In this document: positions 1-11,440 of the stretch, in pieces
Layout: every line of letters begins with the position of its first letter
How positions within the stretch are numbered: the stretch's first letter is position 1
NCBI GenBank assembly: GCA_040218735.1
Contig: JAVJQW010000057.1
Span: forward strand, 192,001 to 256,000
Source of the DNA: Deltaproteobacteria bacterium
GTDB taxonomy: Bacteria; Myxococcota; Kuafuiibacteriia; Kuafuiibacteriales; Kuafuiibacteriaceae
DNA length: 64,000 nucleotides
Direction of reading: 5' to 3'
Translations under genes and position numbers: made by a program
The notes under the pieces: model-generated
The model's input: the letters and a program-made list of their open reading frames with translations, nothing else
What the model was told of the DNA's origin: nothing
Databases searched by the model: none

Positions 1-663
1 GTGCACGCGGATGTTGCTCGCGCCCGCCTCGCGGATCTCCCAGGTGTAGTCGTAGTCGTTGGTGTACGGGTGGTCCGACTCCAGCGCGAGGGGGACGCGC
101 ATCCAGCCGCTCTGACGGCACTCGCCGCTGTGCGCGACGGCGACGCCCGCGCACTGCGCGAAGCAGCTGTTGTCGTACGTGGTGTCGTCCGCGCCGCAGA
201 CCGGCTGGTACTGCTCGGTGCAGGTGCACGGCTCGAGCTCGAAGACGCGCAGCCGGATGCCCCAGTCCGTGACGGAGTAGTCGGTGGTCAGCGTGATGGT
301 AACGTTGTTGCCGGCGACGAGGACCTGCTGGCCCGAGAGGTCACCGGTGTGGCGCGTGGGGTCCCCGGCGCCGCGGATCTCGACGAAGTCGTAGCCGGCT
401 TCGAGTTCGAAGCGGTCGAAGTCGACGCGCATCTCGGTGGTGTCCGCCGCGCCGCGCACGACGAGCTGTTGGCGCAGGTCGTTCGTGTAGGGGTGCGCGC
501 TCTCGACGATCTGCACGAGGTTCCACGTGCCCCCCGCGGCGGTCTCGAACGCGTCGATGGAAGTCCCTACGTTGGTGGCGAGATCGGCCTTCCCCTTGCC
601 GTCGTCCGCGCAGCTGGCGACGGCCAGCGCGATCCCGAGTGTCACGAGTCGTTTGTTTGTCAT
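1..663 (-). CDS. Lipoprotein with CUB-like, Kazal-type protease inhibitor and second CUB-like domains (runs off the window; absent from the ORF track)
   Basis: Manual translation from ATG at 663: MTNKRLVTLGIALAVASC (lipobox) ... ESAHPYTND ... RVDFDRFELEAGYDFVEI ... TDYSVTDWG (CUB-like) ... CTCTEQYQPVCGADDTTYDNSCFAQCAGVAVAHSGEC (Kazal) ... LESDHPYTND (start of second CUB). No stop before position 1. Confidence 0.8.
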   Translation of the reverse strand, partial: MTNKRLVTLGIALAVASCADDGKGKADLATNVGTSIDAFETAAGGTWNLVQIVESAHPYTNDLRQQLVVRGAADTTEMRVDFDRFELEAGYDFVEIRGAGDPTRHTGDLSGQQVLVAGNNVTITLTTDYSVTDWGIRLRVFELEPCTCTEQYQPVCGADDTTYDNSCFAQCAGVAVAHSGECRQSGWMRVPLALESDHPYTNDYDYTWEIREAGASNIRVH

Positions 664-846
664 CCTGCGGTTCCCCCTGTCTCGAAAGCGCGGCGTTGAA
701 ACCACGTTCGGGGGGTCATGTCATGGGCTTTCTTACCGGAAACGACCTATGAAATGGCGCACTTACACACCAAATGTCGTCTACAATCCCACCTCGACGC
801 CCTCGGTGCAGCGCGGCGACGTGACGTCGTGTTAAGCACCGTCGCC

Positions 847-3717
<2,871 letters not shown>

Positions 3718-3730
3718 GCGTAGCGGCCGC

Positions 3731-3748
3731 GTGACGCCCTTGTGACAA
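3731..3748 (-). promoter_or_regulatory. Possible Pho-box-like direct repeat (TTGTCAC-AAGG-GCGTCAC, 11-bp period) upstream of the PiT transporter
   Basis: GTGAC at 3731 and 3742 on the + strand; the reverse complement resembles the PhoB box CTGTCAT-N4-CTGTCAY. Confidence 0.3.
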
Positions 3749-3799
3749 CCGCACGCGAGGCGGGGACGCGGCCCGCGTCCGTCACCAAGATGAGCTCAG

Positions 3800-5179
3800 A
3801 TGTTGGAGCTCCTCGGTGAACACGGGCTGACTACTCCCCACCTCGTCCTCCTGGTCGTCGCGCTGCTCGCAGCGTGCGGCTTCGAATTCATCAACGGCTT
3901 TCACGACACGGCGAACGCCGTCGCGACGGTCATCTACACCAAGACCCTGAAACCGCAGGTCGCGGTGCTCTACTCCGGCCTGCTCAACTTCTGCGGCGTC
4001 TTCCTCGGCGGCATCGCGGTCGCGCTCGCCATCATCAAGTTGCTCCCGGTGGAGCTGCTCGTCGACGGCGGCACGGGACGCGGGATGGCGATGGTCTTCG
4101 CCCTCCTCGTCTCCGCGATGCTCTGGAACTTCGGGACCTGGTACCTCGGGCTCCCGGCGTCCAGCTCGCACACGCTGATCGGATCGATCCTTGGCGTCGG
4201 GCTCGCGAGCTCACTCCTCGCCGGCCACTTCGGCGAAGGCGTGAACTGGGGCAAGGCCATGGACGTCGGGTTGTCGCTGTTGGTCTCGCCGCTCGTCGGG
4301 TTCGGCTTGGCGGCGCTGGTGCTGAAGATCATGCGCGCGGTCGTGAAGGACCGCCGTGTGTTCCTCCCGCCGGACGACACCGAGAAGACTCCGCCTCGCT
4401 GGGTGCGGGCGGTCCTCATCCTCACCTGCGGCGGGGTCAGCTTCGCGCACGGTAGCAACGACGGACAGAAGGGCGTCGGGCTCATCATGCTCATCCTCGT
4501 CGGCTTGCTCCCCGCGCAGTTCGCGCTGCACGCCGCCGCGACCCCCGAACAGATGAAGGCGGCGCACGTCGCCGCGCAGCACGCGAGGGCGACCTTCGAG
4601 GCGCGCTGCCCCGCCGACCCGCACGCCTGCGCCGCGGTCGAAGCCCTCACCAAGGCGGAGGGCGCGCTCGCGAACGAGACCTCCGTCGCTGCGCTCTCGG
4701 AAGACGAGCGCTGGCAAGTGCGGCAAGCGGTCTTGCTCGCCGACGACGCCGCGAAGAACCTCGACGACACGGAAGCGTTCGCCGCGGACCGCGCCGCGCT
4801 CGGCGGCCTCACCGACTACGCGCCGTGGTGGGTGCTCTTGATGGTCGCGCTCTCCTTGGGCATCGGGACCACGGTCGGCTGGAAGCGCATCGTGGTCACC
4901 GTCGGCGAGAAGATCGGCAAGTCACACCTCACCTACGCGCAGGGCGCGTCCGCCGAGTTGGTCGCGATGAGCACCATCGGCTTCTCTAGCTTCCTCGGCC
5001 TGCCGGTGAGCACGACCCACGTCCTCAGCTCCGGCATCGCCGGCACGATGGCGACGGAGGGGAGCGGCATCCAGGCGGGCACGGTGAAGAAGATCGCCCT
5101 CGCCTGGATCCTCACGCTCCCGGCCTCGATGCTGTTGGCCGGCGTGCTGTTCGTGGTGTTCGAGAAGCTGGCGAGCTGA
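3800..5179 (+). CDS. pitA: Inorganic phosphate transporter, PiT family
   Basis: FEFINGFHDTANAVAT, GLPASSSH, SFAHGSNDGQKG and GLPVSTTH signatures; multiple TM helices. Confidence 0.93.
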   Translation: MLELLGEHGLTTPHLVLLVVALLAACGFEFINGFHDTANAVATVIYTKTLKPQVAVLYSGLLNFCGVFLGGIAVALAIIKLLPVELLVDGGTGRGMAMVFALLVSAMLWNFGTWYLGLPASSSHTLIGSILGVGLASSLLAGHFGEGVNWGKAMDVGLSLLVSPLVGFGLAALVLKIMRAVVKDRRVFLPPDDTEKTPPRWVRAVLILTCGGVSFAHGSNDGQKGVGLIMLILVGLLPAQFALHAAATPEQMKAAHVAAQHARATFEARCPADPHACAAVEALTKAEGALANETSVAALSEDERWQVRQAVLLADDAAKNLDDTEAFAADRAALGGLTDYAPWWVLLMVALSLGIGTTVGWKRIVVTVGEKIGKSHLTYAQGASAELVAMSTIGFSSFLGLPVSTTHVLSSGIAGTMATEGSGIQAGTVKKIALAWILTLPASMLLAGVLFVVFEKLAS

Positions 5180-5202
5180 CGCTCAGTCCGTGACGTCGGG
5201 CT

Positions 5203-5847
5203 TCAGCCGCCGTTGCCGGAGCCGTGGTCGGTGTCCATCTCGGCCACCACCGTGCGGGCGCGAGCGCGGGCCTCGGGGACGAGGGTCGACTCGTCGTTGT
5301 CGACCACCTCGACGGTCGGCGGATCCTTCCGGAGCTTGTCGAGCGACTCGGCGTCGAGCGGCTCCGTCGCGTAGTTCGGCGGGAGGGTGCGTGCGAAGGC
5401 GCGACGAACCTCGGCTTCCTCGGGCGTCGCCGAGGTCTCGTAGATGTGCTCCTCGACGTGGACCGGGACCGCCACCGGCTTGAGCGCGGGGTTGGTCGGG
5501 TCCTCGGAGTCCTCGCCGACCGCGGTGTTGTCCTCCCACTGCGGAGGCGGCTCGGGCGGCGGGGCGTCGGCGCCCATGACGACCTCGGCGTCCTCCATCA
5601 GGTCCTCGATGACGTTCGTCGCCTCGGGCGAGGCGTTGAAGACCACGACCGCACCGGCCGGGTTTCGGCAGACGAAGGCGACCTCGCCGTGGACGCTGAC
5701 GTCGTTGAACTTCAGAGTGACGGCCTCGCGGAACTCGAGGCCGCTCGCGGCGCGCACGAAGGCGAAGTGCGGCCCCAAGTTCGTGAGATCCGCGTCGAAC
5801 TCCGCGCCGTGCTCGGCGATGACGTGTGCAGTGATCTTCGTCGGCAT
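5203..5847 (-). CDS. Hypothetical protein (N-terminal PilZ-like beta domain, acidic Pro-rich tail)
   Basis: GC3-biased ORF; N-terminal NLG..FAFV...V.L......GEV.FV...P.G..V.F pattern resembles a degenerate PilZ barrel. Confidence 0.55.
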   Translation of the reverse strand: MPTKITAHVIAEHGAEFDADLTNLGPHFAFVRAASGLEFREAVTLKFNDVSVHGEVAFVCRNPAGAVVVFNASPEATNVIEDLMEDAEVVMGADAPPPEPPPQWEDNTAVGEDSEDPTNPALKPVAVPVHVEEHIYETSATPEEAEVRRAFARTLPPNYATEPLDAESLDKLRKDPPTVEVVDNDESTLVPEARARARTVVAEMDTDHGSGNGG

Positions 5848-5858
5848 GCGGCCGCGCC

Positions 5859-6506
5859 ATGGTGCCCCGTCCCGCGGCCTACGACAACAACAACGTCGGC
5901 CGGTTGGTCCCGACGCGCGGCTTTGTCATGATTCGGGACGTGCGCGTCGGAGCGATGCGAGCCTGGCTACGCGGGGCGGTGAACACCACCGTCGGGCGCG
6001 CCCGCTCGATCGGGCACGCGATATCGCGCCGCATCAAAGACGCGACCGGCGCGATCAGCGCCGGCGTCGGCGTCGGCGACGACGAATCCAACTTCGGCGG
6101 CGGCCGGTCCGTGGTGTGGCTGGAGTTCGTCGAGGAGTACAAGAACAAGCTCCTCGCCTTCATGGAGAAGAGCGTGTTCGAACGCTTCCCGGGCGTGGAG
6201 AAGTTCATGCGGCGCGTGCTGGGCGCGCCGAAGCGACCGCCCCCCGCCCTGCCGACCCCGGAGCGTCCGAAGGTCCCGGTGAAGCTCGGCGTTCACACGC
6301 CGCCGACCAACGAAGAGGCCGAGCGCTTCCGCCAGCAGATCCACATGGGGATGATGAAGGCACACCAGGAAGAACACGCGGGGCTGCGCGACCACGTGGA
6401 TCGACACCGCGCCCGCGGGCGGGTGGAGCCGACGGACCCCGACGAGGAACGCGACCCGCACGAACCCGACGAGGAAGAAGACGCCAACGCGTACGACCAA
6501 CCTTGA
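5859..6506 (+). CDS. Hypothetical protein with acidic C-terminus (start may be ATG 5928)
   Basis: Good codon usage; fills the gap between flanking genes; no recognised family. Confidence 0.6.
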   Translation: MVPRPAAYDNNNVGRLVPTRGFVMIRDVRVGAMRAWLRGAVNTTVGRARSIGHAISRRIKDATGAISAGVGVGDDESNFGGGRSVVWLEFVEEYKNKLLAFMEKSVFERFPGVEKFMRRVLGAPKRPPPALPTPERPKVPVKLGVHTPPTNEEAERFRQQIHMGMMKAHQEEHAGLRDHVDRHRARGRVEPTDPDEERDPHEPDEEEDANAYDQP

Positions 6507-6545
6507 TGCGGCCGACCCGTGACGTCCGAGCCGTGACGCAGCGGG

Positions 6546-7019
6546 TCACCCGTACTTCAAGCCGGTGAGCACGAGCTCGATCTCCCCGGCCGGGCGCACG
6601 ACGACCACGTCGTCGCCGACGCGGTGCCCGAGGAGCGCCTTGCCCATCGGCGACTTCATCGAGATGCGTCCGCGTTTCGCGTCGACCTCGTCCTCGCCGA
6701 CGATCGTGTAGCAACGTGTCTTGCCGTCCTCGTCCTCGAGATCCACGGTCGCCCCGAACTGTACGAAGTCGGCGGCGTTGTCCTTCGGGTCGACGACCTT
6801 CACCTGCTTGGTGACCTTCGTCAGGTAGCGCATCCGACGGTCGATCTCGCGGAGCTTCTTCTTCCCGTAGATGTACTCGGCGTTCTCGGAGCGGTCGCCC
6901 TGCGCGGCGGCGTCGGCGACCTCCTGCACGATGCGCGGACGATCCTCGTGCCACAGGCGCCGCATCTCGTCCTGGATGCGCTCGTAACCCTCGGGCGTAA
7001 TCGGTCGTTTCTCGGCCAT
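6546..7019 (-). CDS. greB: Transcription elongation factor GreB
   Basis: ITPEGY..I..E...LW..DRP...AAAQGDRSENAEYIYGKKKLREIDRR, IS..SPMGKALLG; 157 aa from ATG 7019. Confidence 0.93.
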   Translation of the reverse strand: MAEKRPITPEGYERIQDEMRRLWHEDRPRIVQEVADAAAQGDRSENAEYIYGKKKLREIDRRMRYLTKVTKQVKVVDPKDNAADFVQFGATVDLEDEDGKTRCYTIVGEDEVDAKRGRISMKSPMGKALLGHRVGDDVVVVRPAGEIELVLTGLKYG

Positions 7020-7157
7020 GTCGGGGGCGCGTCCCTCGCACGGCGCGCCGCACCAGGGCAATCCAGGAGCACCAAGTGCCGCGAGATACGACGTTTTTCG
7101 GGTTCCACGGTCCTGACGCATTCCATTGGGCCCGATTTGGACTAGGTTTCGGGCCTC

Positions 7158-8888
7158 GTGAGACCGGACGGACGAGCACTGGACATCGTGGCGGTTGGCT
7201 TGGGGCAAGCCGGCGGCAACCTCGCGGCGGAGTTCTTCCGCCGCGGCTATCGCGCGCTCGCGCTGAACACCGCCGAGACGGATCTGCAGGCGCTCGATCC
7301 GGGCGGCGCGTTCCCCGCGATGCCGGCGGAGCGACGACTCTACGTCGGCCTCGACGGCTACGACGGCGCCGGCGCCGACCCGGCCTACGGTCGCGACTGC
7401 GTGCGCGAGCACGCGGATCGGATCCGCGCCGCGGTCCTCAAACAAGCGCACGACGCCGACGCCGTGATCCTCACCGCCGGCCTCGGCGGCGGTACCGGCT
7501 CTGCGATTCCGGAGCTGGTCGACGTGCTCGCGGAGGAGGAGCTCCCGCTGATGGCGCTCATGACGCTCCCCACCGAGAGCGAGAGTGGCCTGGCGAAGGT
7601 CAACGCGGTGCGAGCGATCAACGACATCGTCGACGCGCCGCTGCTCGGCTGGATCTTCGCCGACAACGCGCGCATCTCGAAGCTGAACCGCGACATCGCG
7701 ATCGCCGACTACTTCGCGCACGTGAACTCGCAGATCATCGCGCCGATCGACGAGTTCAACCGGCTGAACGCACGCGATTCCATTCGAGCGATTCGCTCGT
7801 TCGACGGCGAGGACTTCCGCAAGCTCCTCCTGTCGGGCGGCGTCCTGAACTACGCGTTCTCGGACATCCCGCGGATCACGACCGAGGAGATCGCCGGCAC
7901 GGTACGCGACTGCATCGAGGCGAGTGACATCATGCCCGGCGGGTTCGAGATGGCGCGGGTGTCGTTCATCGGGCTGGTGATCGAAGCGTCCGAGGCGGCG
8001 CTCGCGGAGGCCTCGATCCAGGTCTTCGAGGACATCCACGAGACCATCAAACAGGAGACGGAGGGCGCCGCGGTCTACCAGGGCATCTACAAGGTCCCGG
8101 ACGACCGGCCGATCACGATCCGGCTGATCGCGGCGACGCAGTCCTTGCCGCACCGCATCCGGCAGATCCTCGCCGACGCGAAGCGCGAGGGCGGCGTCAT
8201 CACCGACAAACTCCGCGAGGAGCTCCCGACCCTGGAGCTCGGCGAGCTGGAGGGGATCGATCTCTTCAAACGATCGTCCCGCCCGAGCCAGAAGCCGCGC
8301 CGCAACCGCGCGCAGCTCGGCGCGGCGAAGGGGCTCCGCGGGCACGCGGGTGGTGGTCCCGAGGAGGTCGCCTCCGAGGTCGGCGCGAACAGCCCGCTGC
8401 GTTCACGTCGCGTCAACCGGCGCGGCGGTCGCCCCGCCCCGGCGCGTGCGCCGAGCGCGGCCGAGCCGCCGCGTCCCGAGAAGCGCCCGAACAAACCGCC
8501 GAAGGAGATCGGGACCGAGGAGATCGACGTCGTCGCGGCGCTCGCCGAGCTGAGCGACATGCCGGACGAAGCGGTCGAGTCGGAGCTGCAGGAGACGGTG
8601 GCGGCGGCGGAGCTGGAGATGCCGGTCAACGGCCAGGAGCTCCCGAGCCCCGAGCAGTACGACGAGCTCGTCGCGCAGTACCTCAACGCCGAGAACGCGA
8701 AGGCGCGACAGACGGTCGTGCAGCGGCTGGAGTCCGACTCCGTCGCGGACGACACGATCGTCCGCTACTACGCGGTGGAGGCGATGTCGAAGCTGGGACG
8801 CAAGGTCTTCGGGAACGCGCTGCTCGCCGCGACCGAGGACGACGACGAAGCGGTCCGCAACCTCGCCGTCGAAGCGCTCAAGGGCTGA
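7158..8888 (+). CDS. Tubulin/FtsZ-superfamily GTPase (TubZ/CetZ-like) with disordered linker and C-terminal HEAT-like repeat
   Basis: VGLGQAGGNL (T1), ALNTAETDL (T2), DGAGAD (T3), AGLGGGTGS (tubulin signature T4), LPTESE (T5), ADN (T6), SFDGEDF (T7-like); C-terminal VRYYAVEAMSKLG...DDDEAVRNLAVEALK. Confidence 0.85.
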   Translation: MRPDGRALDIVAVGLGQAGGNLAAEFFRRGYRALALNTAETDLQALDPGGAFPAMPAERRLYVGLDGYDGAGADPAYGRDCVREHADRIRAAVLKQAHDADAVILTAGLGGGTGSAIPELVDVLAEEELPLMALMTLPTESESGLAKVNAVRAINDIVDAPLLGWIFADNARISKLNRDIAIADYFAHVNSQIIAPIDEFNRLNARDSIRAIRSFDGEDFRKLLLSGGVLNYAFSDIPRITTEEIAGTVRDCIEASDIMPGGFEMARVSFIGLVIEASEAALAEASIQVFEDIHETIKQETEGAAVYQGIYKVPDDRPITIRLIAATQSLPHRIRQILADAKREGGVITDKLREELPTLELGELEGIDLFKRSSRPSQKPRRNRAQLGAAKGLRGHAGGGPEEVASEVGANSPLRSRRVNRRGGRPAPARAPSAAEPPRPEKRPNKPPKEIGTEEIDVVAALAELSDMPDEAVESELQETVAAAELEMPVNGQELPSPEQYDELVAQYLNAENAKARQTVVQRLESDSVADDTIVRYYAVEAMSKLGRKVFGNALLAATEDDDEAVRNLAVEALKG

Positions 8889-8891
8889 CGC

Positions 8892-9860
8892 TCAAAACGC
8901 CAGGTCGAGGCACGTGTCCAGCTCGGCGCCGAAGTCGGCGCGGGCTCGGGTGCGGTGCGCCTCGACGACGCGCCCCTCGTCGATGACGAACCGCGCGGCG
9001 AACAACGCGCCGTAGGGATCCGAGAAGGCGGCGTAGCGTTTGTCGTAGAGGTAGACGACCGTCTGGTCCGCGCGCTCGACGCGGGCCGAGACGTAGTCGT
9101 CGGCGAACCACTTGAAGATGCGGCCCTCTTCGCTGTCCTCGGCGGCGCGGACCGCCAGATCGTCGAGGCGATCGATCGGCAACAGATCGCTGACGCCCCC
9201 CTTCCAGGACCACGCTCCGACGGCGACGTTGCCGTCGGCGTCCCGCGCGACGACGCGGCGGAGCATCGGGAACAAGATCGGCACCAACGCCCGCACCGCG
9301 ACGGGCTGAAAGCCCGCGGCCTCCAACCGCGCGCGCGCTTCGGTGCGGACGTGCGCGGAGATCGCCGTGCCCAACAGCAGGTAGACGAGCCCCCACGCGA
9401 GCGCGACGCGCGCGGTGAGAGCACGCTTCTTCCACACGGCCCAGGCGAGCGGGAGGGTGTAAATCGGATCGACGATCGCGACGCCGTCGAACGCCCACCG
9501 CGAGTCGGAGAACGGCGCGAAGAGCTGCGTGCCGTAGGTCGTGAACACATCGAGGAGCGGGTGCGTGACGAGCGCCCAGAACGTGAGGTGGATCCACGCG
9601 AACCGCTCGCGCCCACCACCGAGGATCCGTGACGCGACCGCGCCGATCACGAGCGACGCGACGGGGAGCACGAGGACGGAGTGGGTGACGCCGCGGTGGT
9701 GAACGAGTGAGGCCCACTCCCCCGCCGCGCGCATCACGACGTCGAAGTCGGGCATCAGGCCGCAGGCCGCGCCGAACCACACCGCGCGGCGCCCGAGGCG
9801 ATCCGCGAACCCCGCCTGCCCGACGGCCGCGCCGAGGAGGCCCTGTGTGATCGTGTCCAC
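8892..9860 (-). CDS. Inner-membrane metal-dependent hydrolase (YdjM/YbcI-like)
   Basis: MDTITQGLLGAAV, PDFD, HHRGVTHS, THPLLDVFTTYGT and IVDP motifs; GTG start at 9860. Confidence 0.85.
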   Translation of the reverse strand: MDTITQGLLGAAVGQAGFADRLGRRAVWFGAACGLMPDFDVVMRAAGEWASLVHHRGVTHSVLVLPVASLVIGAVASRILGGGRERFAWIHLTFWALVTHPLLDVFTTYGTQLFAPFSDSRWAFDGVAIVDPIYTLPLAWAVWKKRALTARVALAWGLVYLLLGTAISAHVRTEARARLEAAGFQPVAVRALVPILFPMLRRVVARDADGNVAVGAWSWKGGVSDLLPIDRLDDLAVRAAEDSEEGRIFKWFADDYVSARVERADQTVVYLYDKRYAAFSDPYGALFAARFVIDEGRVVEAHRTRARADFGAELDTCLDLAF

Positions 9861-9950
9861 GGCGCGAGAGGGTCGGCGACCGGCACGCGAAGGACAACGG
9901 GTTACGAACCCGTTACCCGACGCGCGCGCTTCGGGGCCCATGATGGGGAC

Positions 9951-11063
9951 ATGGCGATTCGACCCGCGATCACGCTGATCACCTGCGTCGCGTTCGGCGC
10001 CGCCGTCTTGACGCCCCCGTGGTGTCGACGGGGCGCCGACGACGTCTTCGATGGCTCCCTGGAGGCCGATCGCGCCTGGGCGCGCGGTGTCCACCGCTGG
10101 ACCACGACGAAGCTCGACCCCGAGGCCTTCGCTACCGGCTCCGAGCTGTTCGACGGCGAGTGGCTGTTCGGCACCCACGTCATGGCCGCGCTCGGGTTCC
10201 TCCAGACCGCGCTTCGCCACCCCGAGCTGCGCGCGCAGCACGTCGCGTGGGCGGAGGCGAGCGTGGACGCGATCCTCTCCGAGCGCGTCCGTGCGTTCGA
10301 TCGGGGACGCCACGGGGAAGACCCCCTCGACACCCTGCACGAGGACGGCGCGCACGCCGCGTACCTCGGCTACCTCGGCGTGGTGCTCGGTCTGCTCCGT
10401 CGCATCGACCCCGACACCCGACACAAAGCGCTCCACGACCGCATCGCCGCCGCCCTCCGTCGGCGCATCGAAGCCGGCGACAACGGCCTCGTCGCGACGT
10501 ACCCGGGCGAGTGGTACCCGGTCGACAACCTCGCGGTGCTCGCGACGCTCCGCACGGCCGGCGGGCACGATGCCTTCGTCGACGCGACGCTCGCCGCGTT
10601 CACCAAGAAGTACGTCGACCCGGACACCGGGCTGCTGGTGCAGGCCGTCGACGCGAGCGGGCGCGTCGTGGACGGCCCGCGAGGATCCGGCACGACGCTC
10701 GGCGCCTACTTCGCCGCGTACGCCGATCCGCCGCTCGCGCGACGCCTCGCGCTCGCGGTCGAACGCGAGCTCGCACGCGACGTCTTCGAAATGGGTTGGG
10801 TTCGTGAGTACCCCGCGGGGCACGACGGCCACGGCGACATCGACTCCGGACCGATTTTGTTCGGCGCCGGACTGTCCGCGACGGGCTTCGGGCTCGCGAC
10901 GGCGCGCCTCGCGAACGACCGCGAAGCCTTCGCGGCGCGGTGGGCGATGGCGACGCTCTGGGGCGCTCCGTTGCAGGTCGACGGCGCTCGGCAGTGGGTG
11001 GTCGGTGGCCCGCTCGGCAACGCGATCCTGTTTGCGATGACTACGGTGGAGGTGTCGCTGTGA
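9951..11063 (+). CDS. Exported linalool dehydratase/isomerase-like (alpha/alpha-barrel) protein
   Basis: Signal/TM N-terminus; TYPGEWYPVDN, PRGSG and VREYP.G....GDIDSGP motifs typical of this uncharacterised group. Confidence 0.55.
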   Translation: MAIRPAITLITCVAFGAAVLTPPWCRRGADDVFDGSLEADRAWARGVHRWTTTKLDPEAFATGSELFDGEWLFGTHVMAALGFLQTALRHPELRAQHVAWAEASVDAILSERVRAFDRGRHGEDPLDTLHEDGAHAAYLGYLGVVLGLLRRIDPDTRHKALHDRIAAALRRRIEAGDNGLVATYPGEWYPVDNLAVLATLRTAGGHDAFVDATLAAFTKKYVDPDTGLLVQAVDASGRVVDGPRGSGTTLGAYFAAYADPPLARRLALAVERELARDVFEMGWVREYPAGHDGHGDIDSGPILFGAGLSATGFGLATARLANDREAFAARWAMATLWGAPLQVDGARQWVVGGPLGNAILFAMTTVEVSL

Positions 11064-11440
11064 AATTCGTTCGAACCGCGAAAAGTGGTCGCCGCGATCG
11101 GAGAAGTGCTCCGTCCCCGCGTGCGAAATTCATTGGTGTCATGACGATCCTCGTAGCGCTCGTCGCGATCCACGGCGTCATGCTCCAAAACCTCGCCACG
11201 GAGCAGACCGTCGCGAAGCTCTTCGGCGCCGGCGGGGACGCCATGGATTTCGTTGTGGCGCTGACGTTCCTCGCGACGCGGCTCGCCCTGTACCTCCTCG
11301 GCCCCGGCCTGGCGCTCTACGCCGCGCTGACACTCGTCACCTCGCGATTCGGCCGTTCACGGGGTGCGTCCGTTCGTGGCATGACGTCGTCGTCGGATGA
11401 CGCAACCCACGATCGACGAAGCGCGCGAGGTGCTGCGTGA
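11060..11440 (+). CDS. Small membrane protein (2 TM), coupled to the preceding gene
   Basis: GTGA overlap with the 11063 stop; two hydrophobic segments. Alternative start ATG 11141. Confidence 0.55.
   Translation: MKFVRTAKSGRRDRRSAPSPRAKFIGVMTILVALVAIHGVMLQNLATEQTVAKLFGAGGDAMDFVVALTFLATRLALYLLGPGLALYAALTLVTSRFGRSRGASVRGMTSSSDDATHDRRSARGAA

Noticed and set aside
7020-7157. Possible tubC centromere or tubR partner for the TubZ-like gene
   Set aside because: No iterated direct repeats and no small DNA-binding ORF nearby; a CCCGATTT at 7131 lacks the matching -35 of the sigma-28-like motif.
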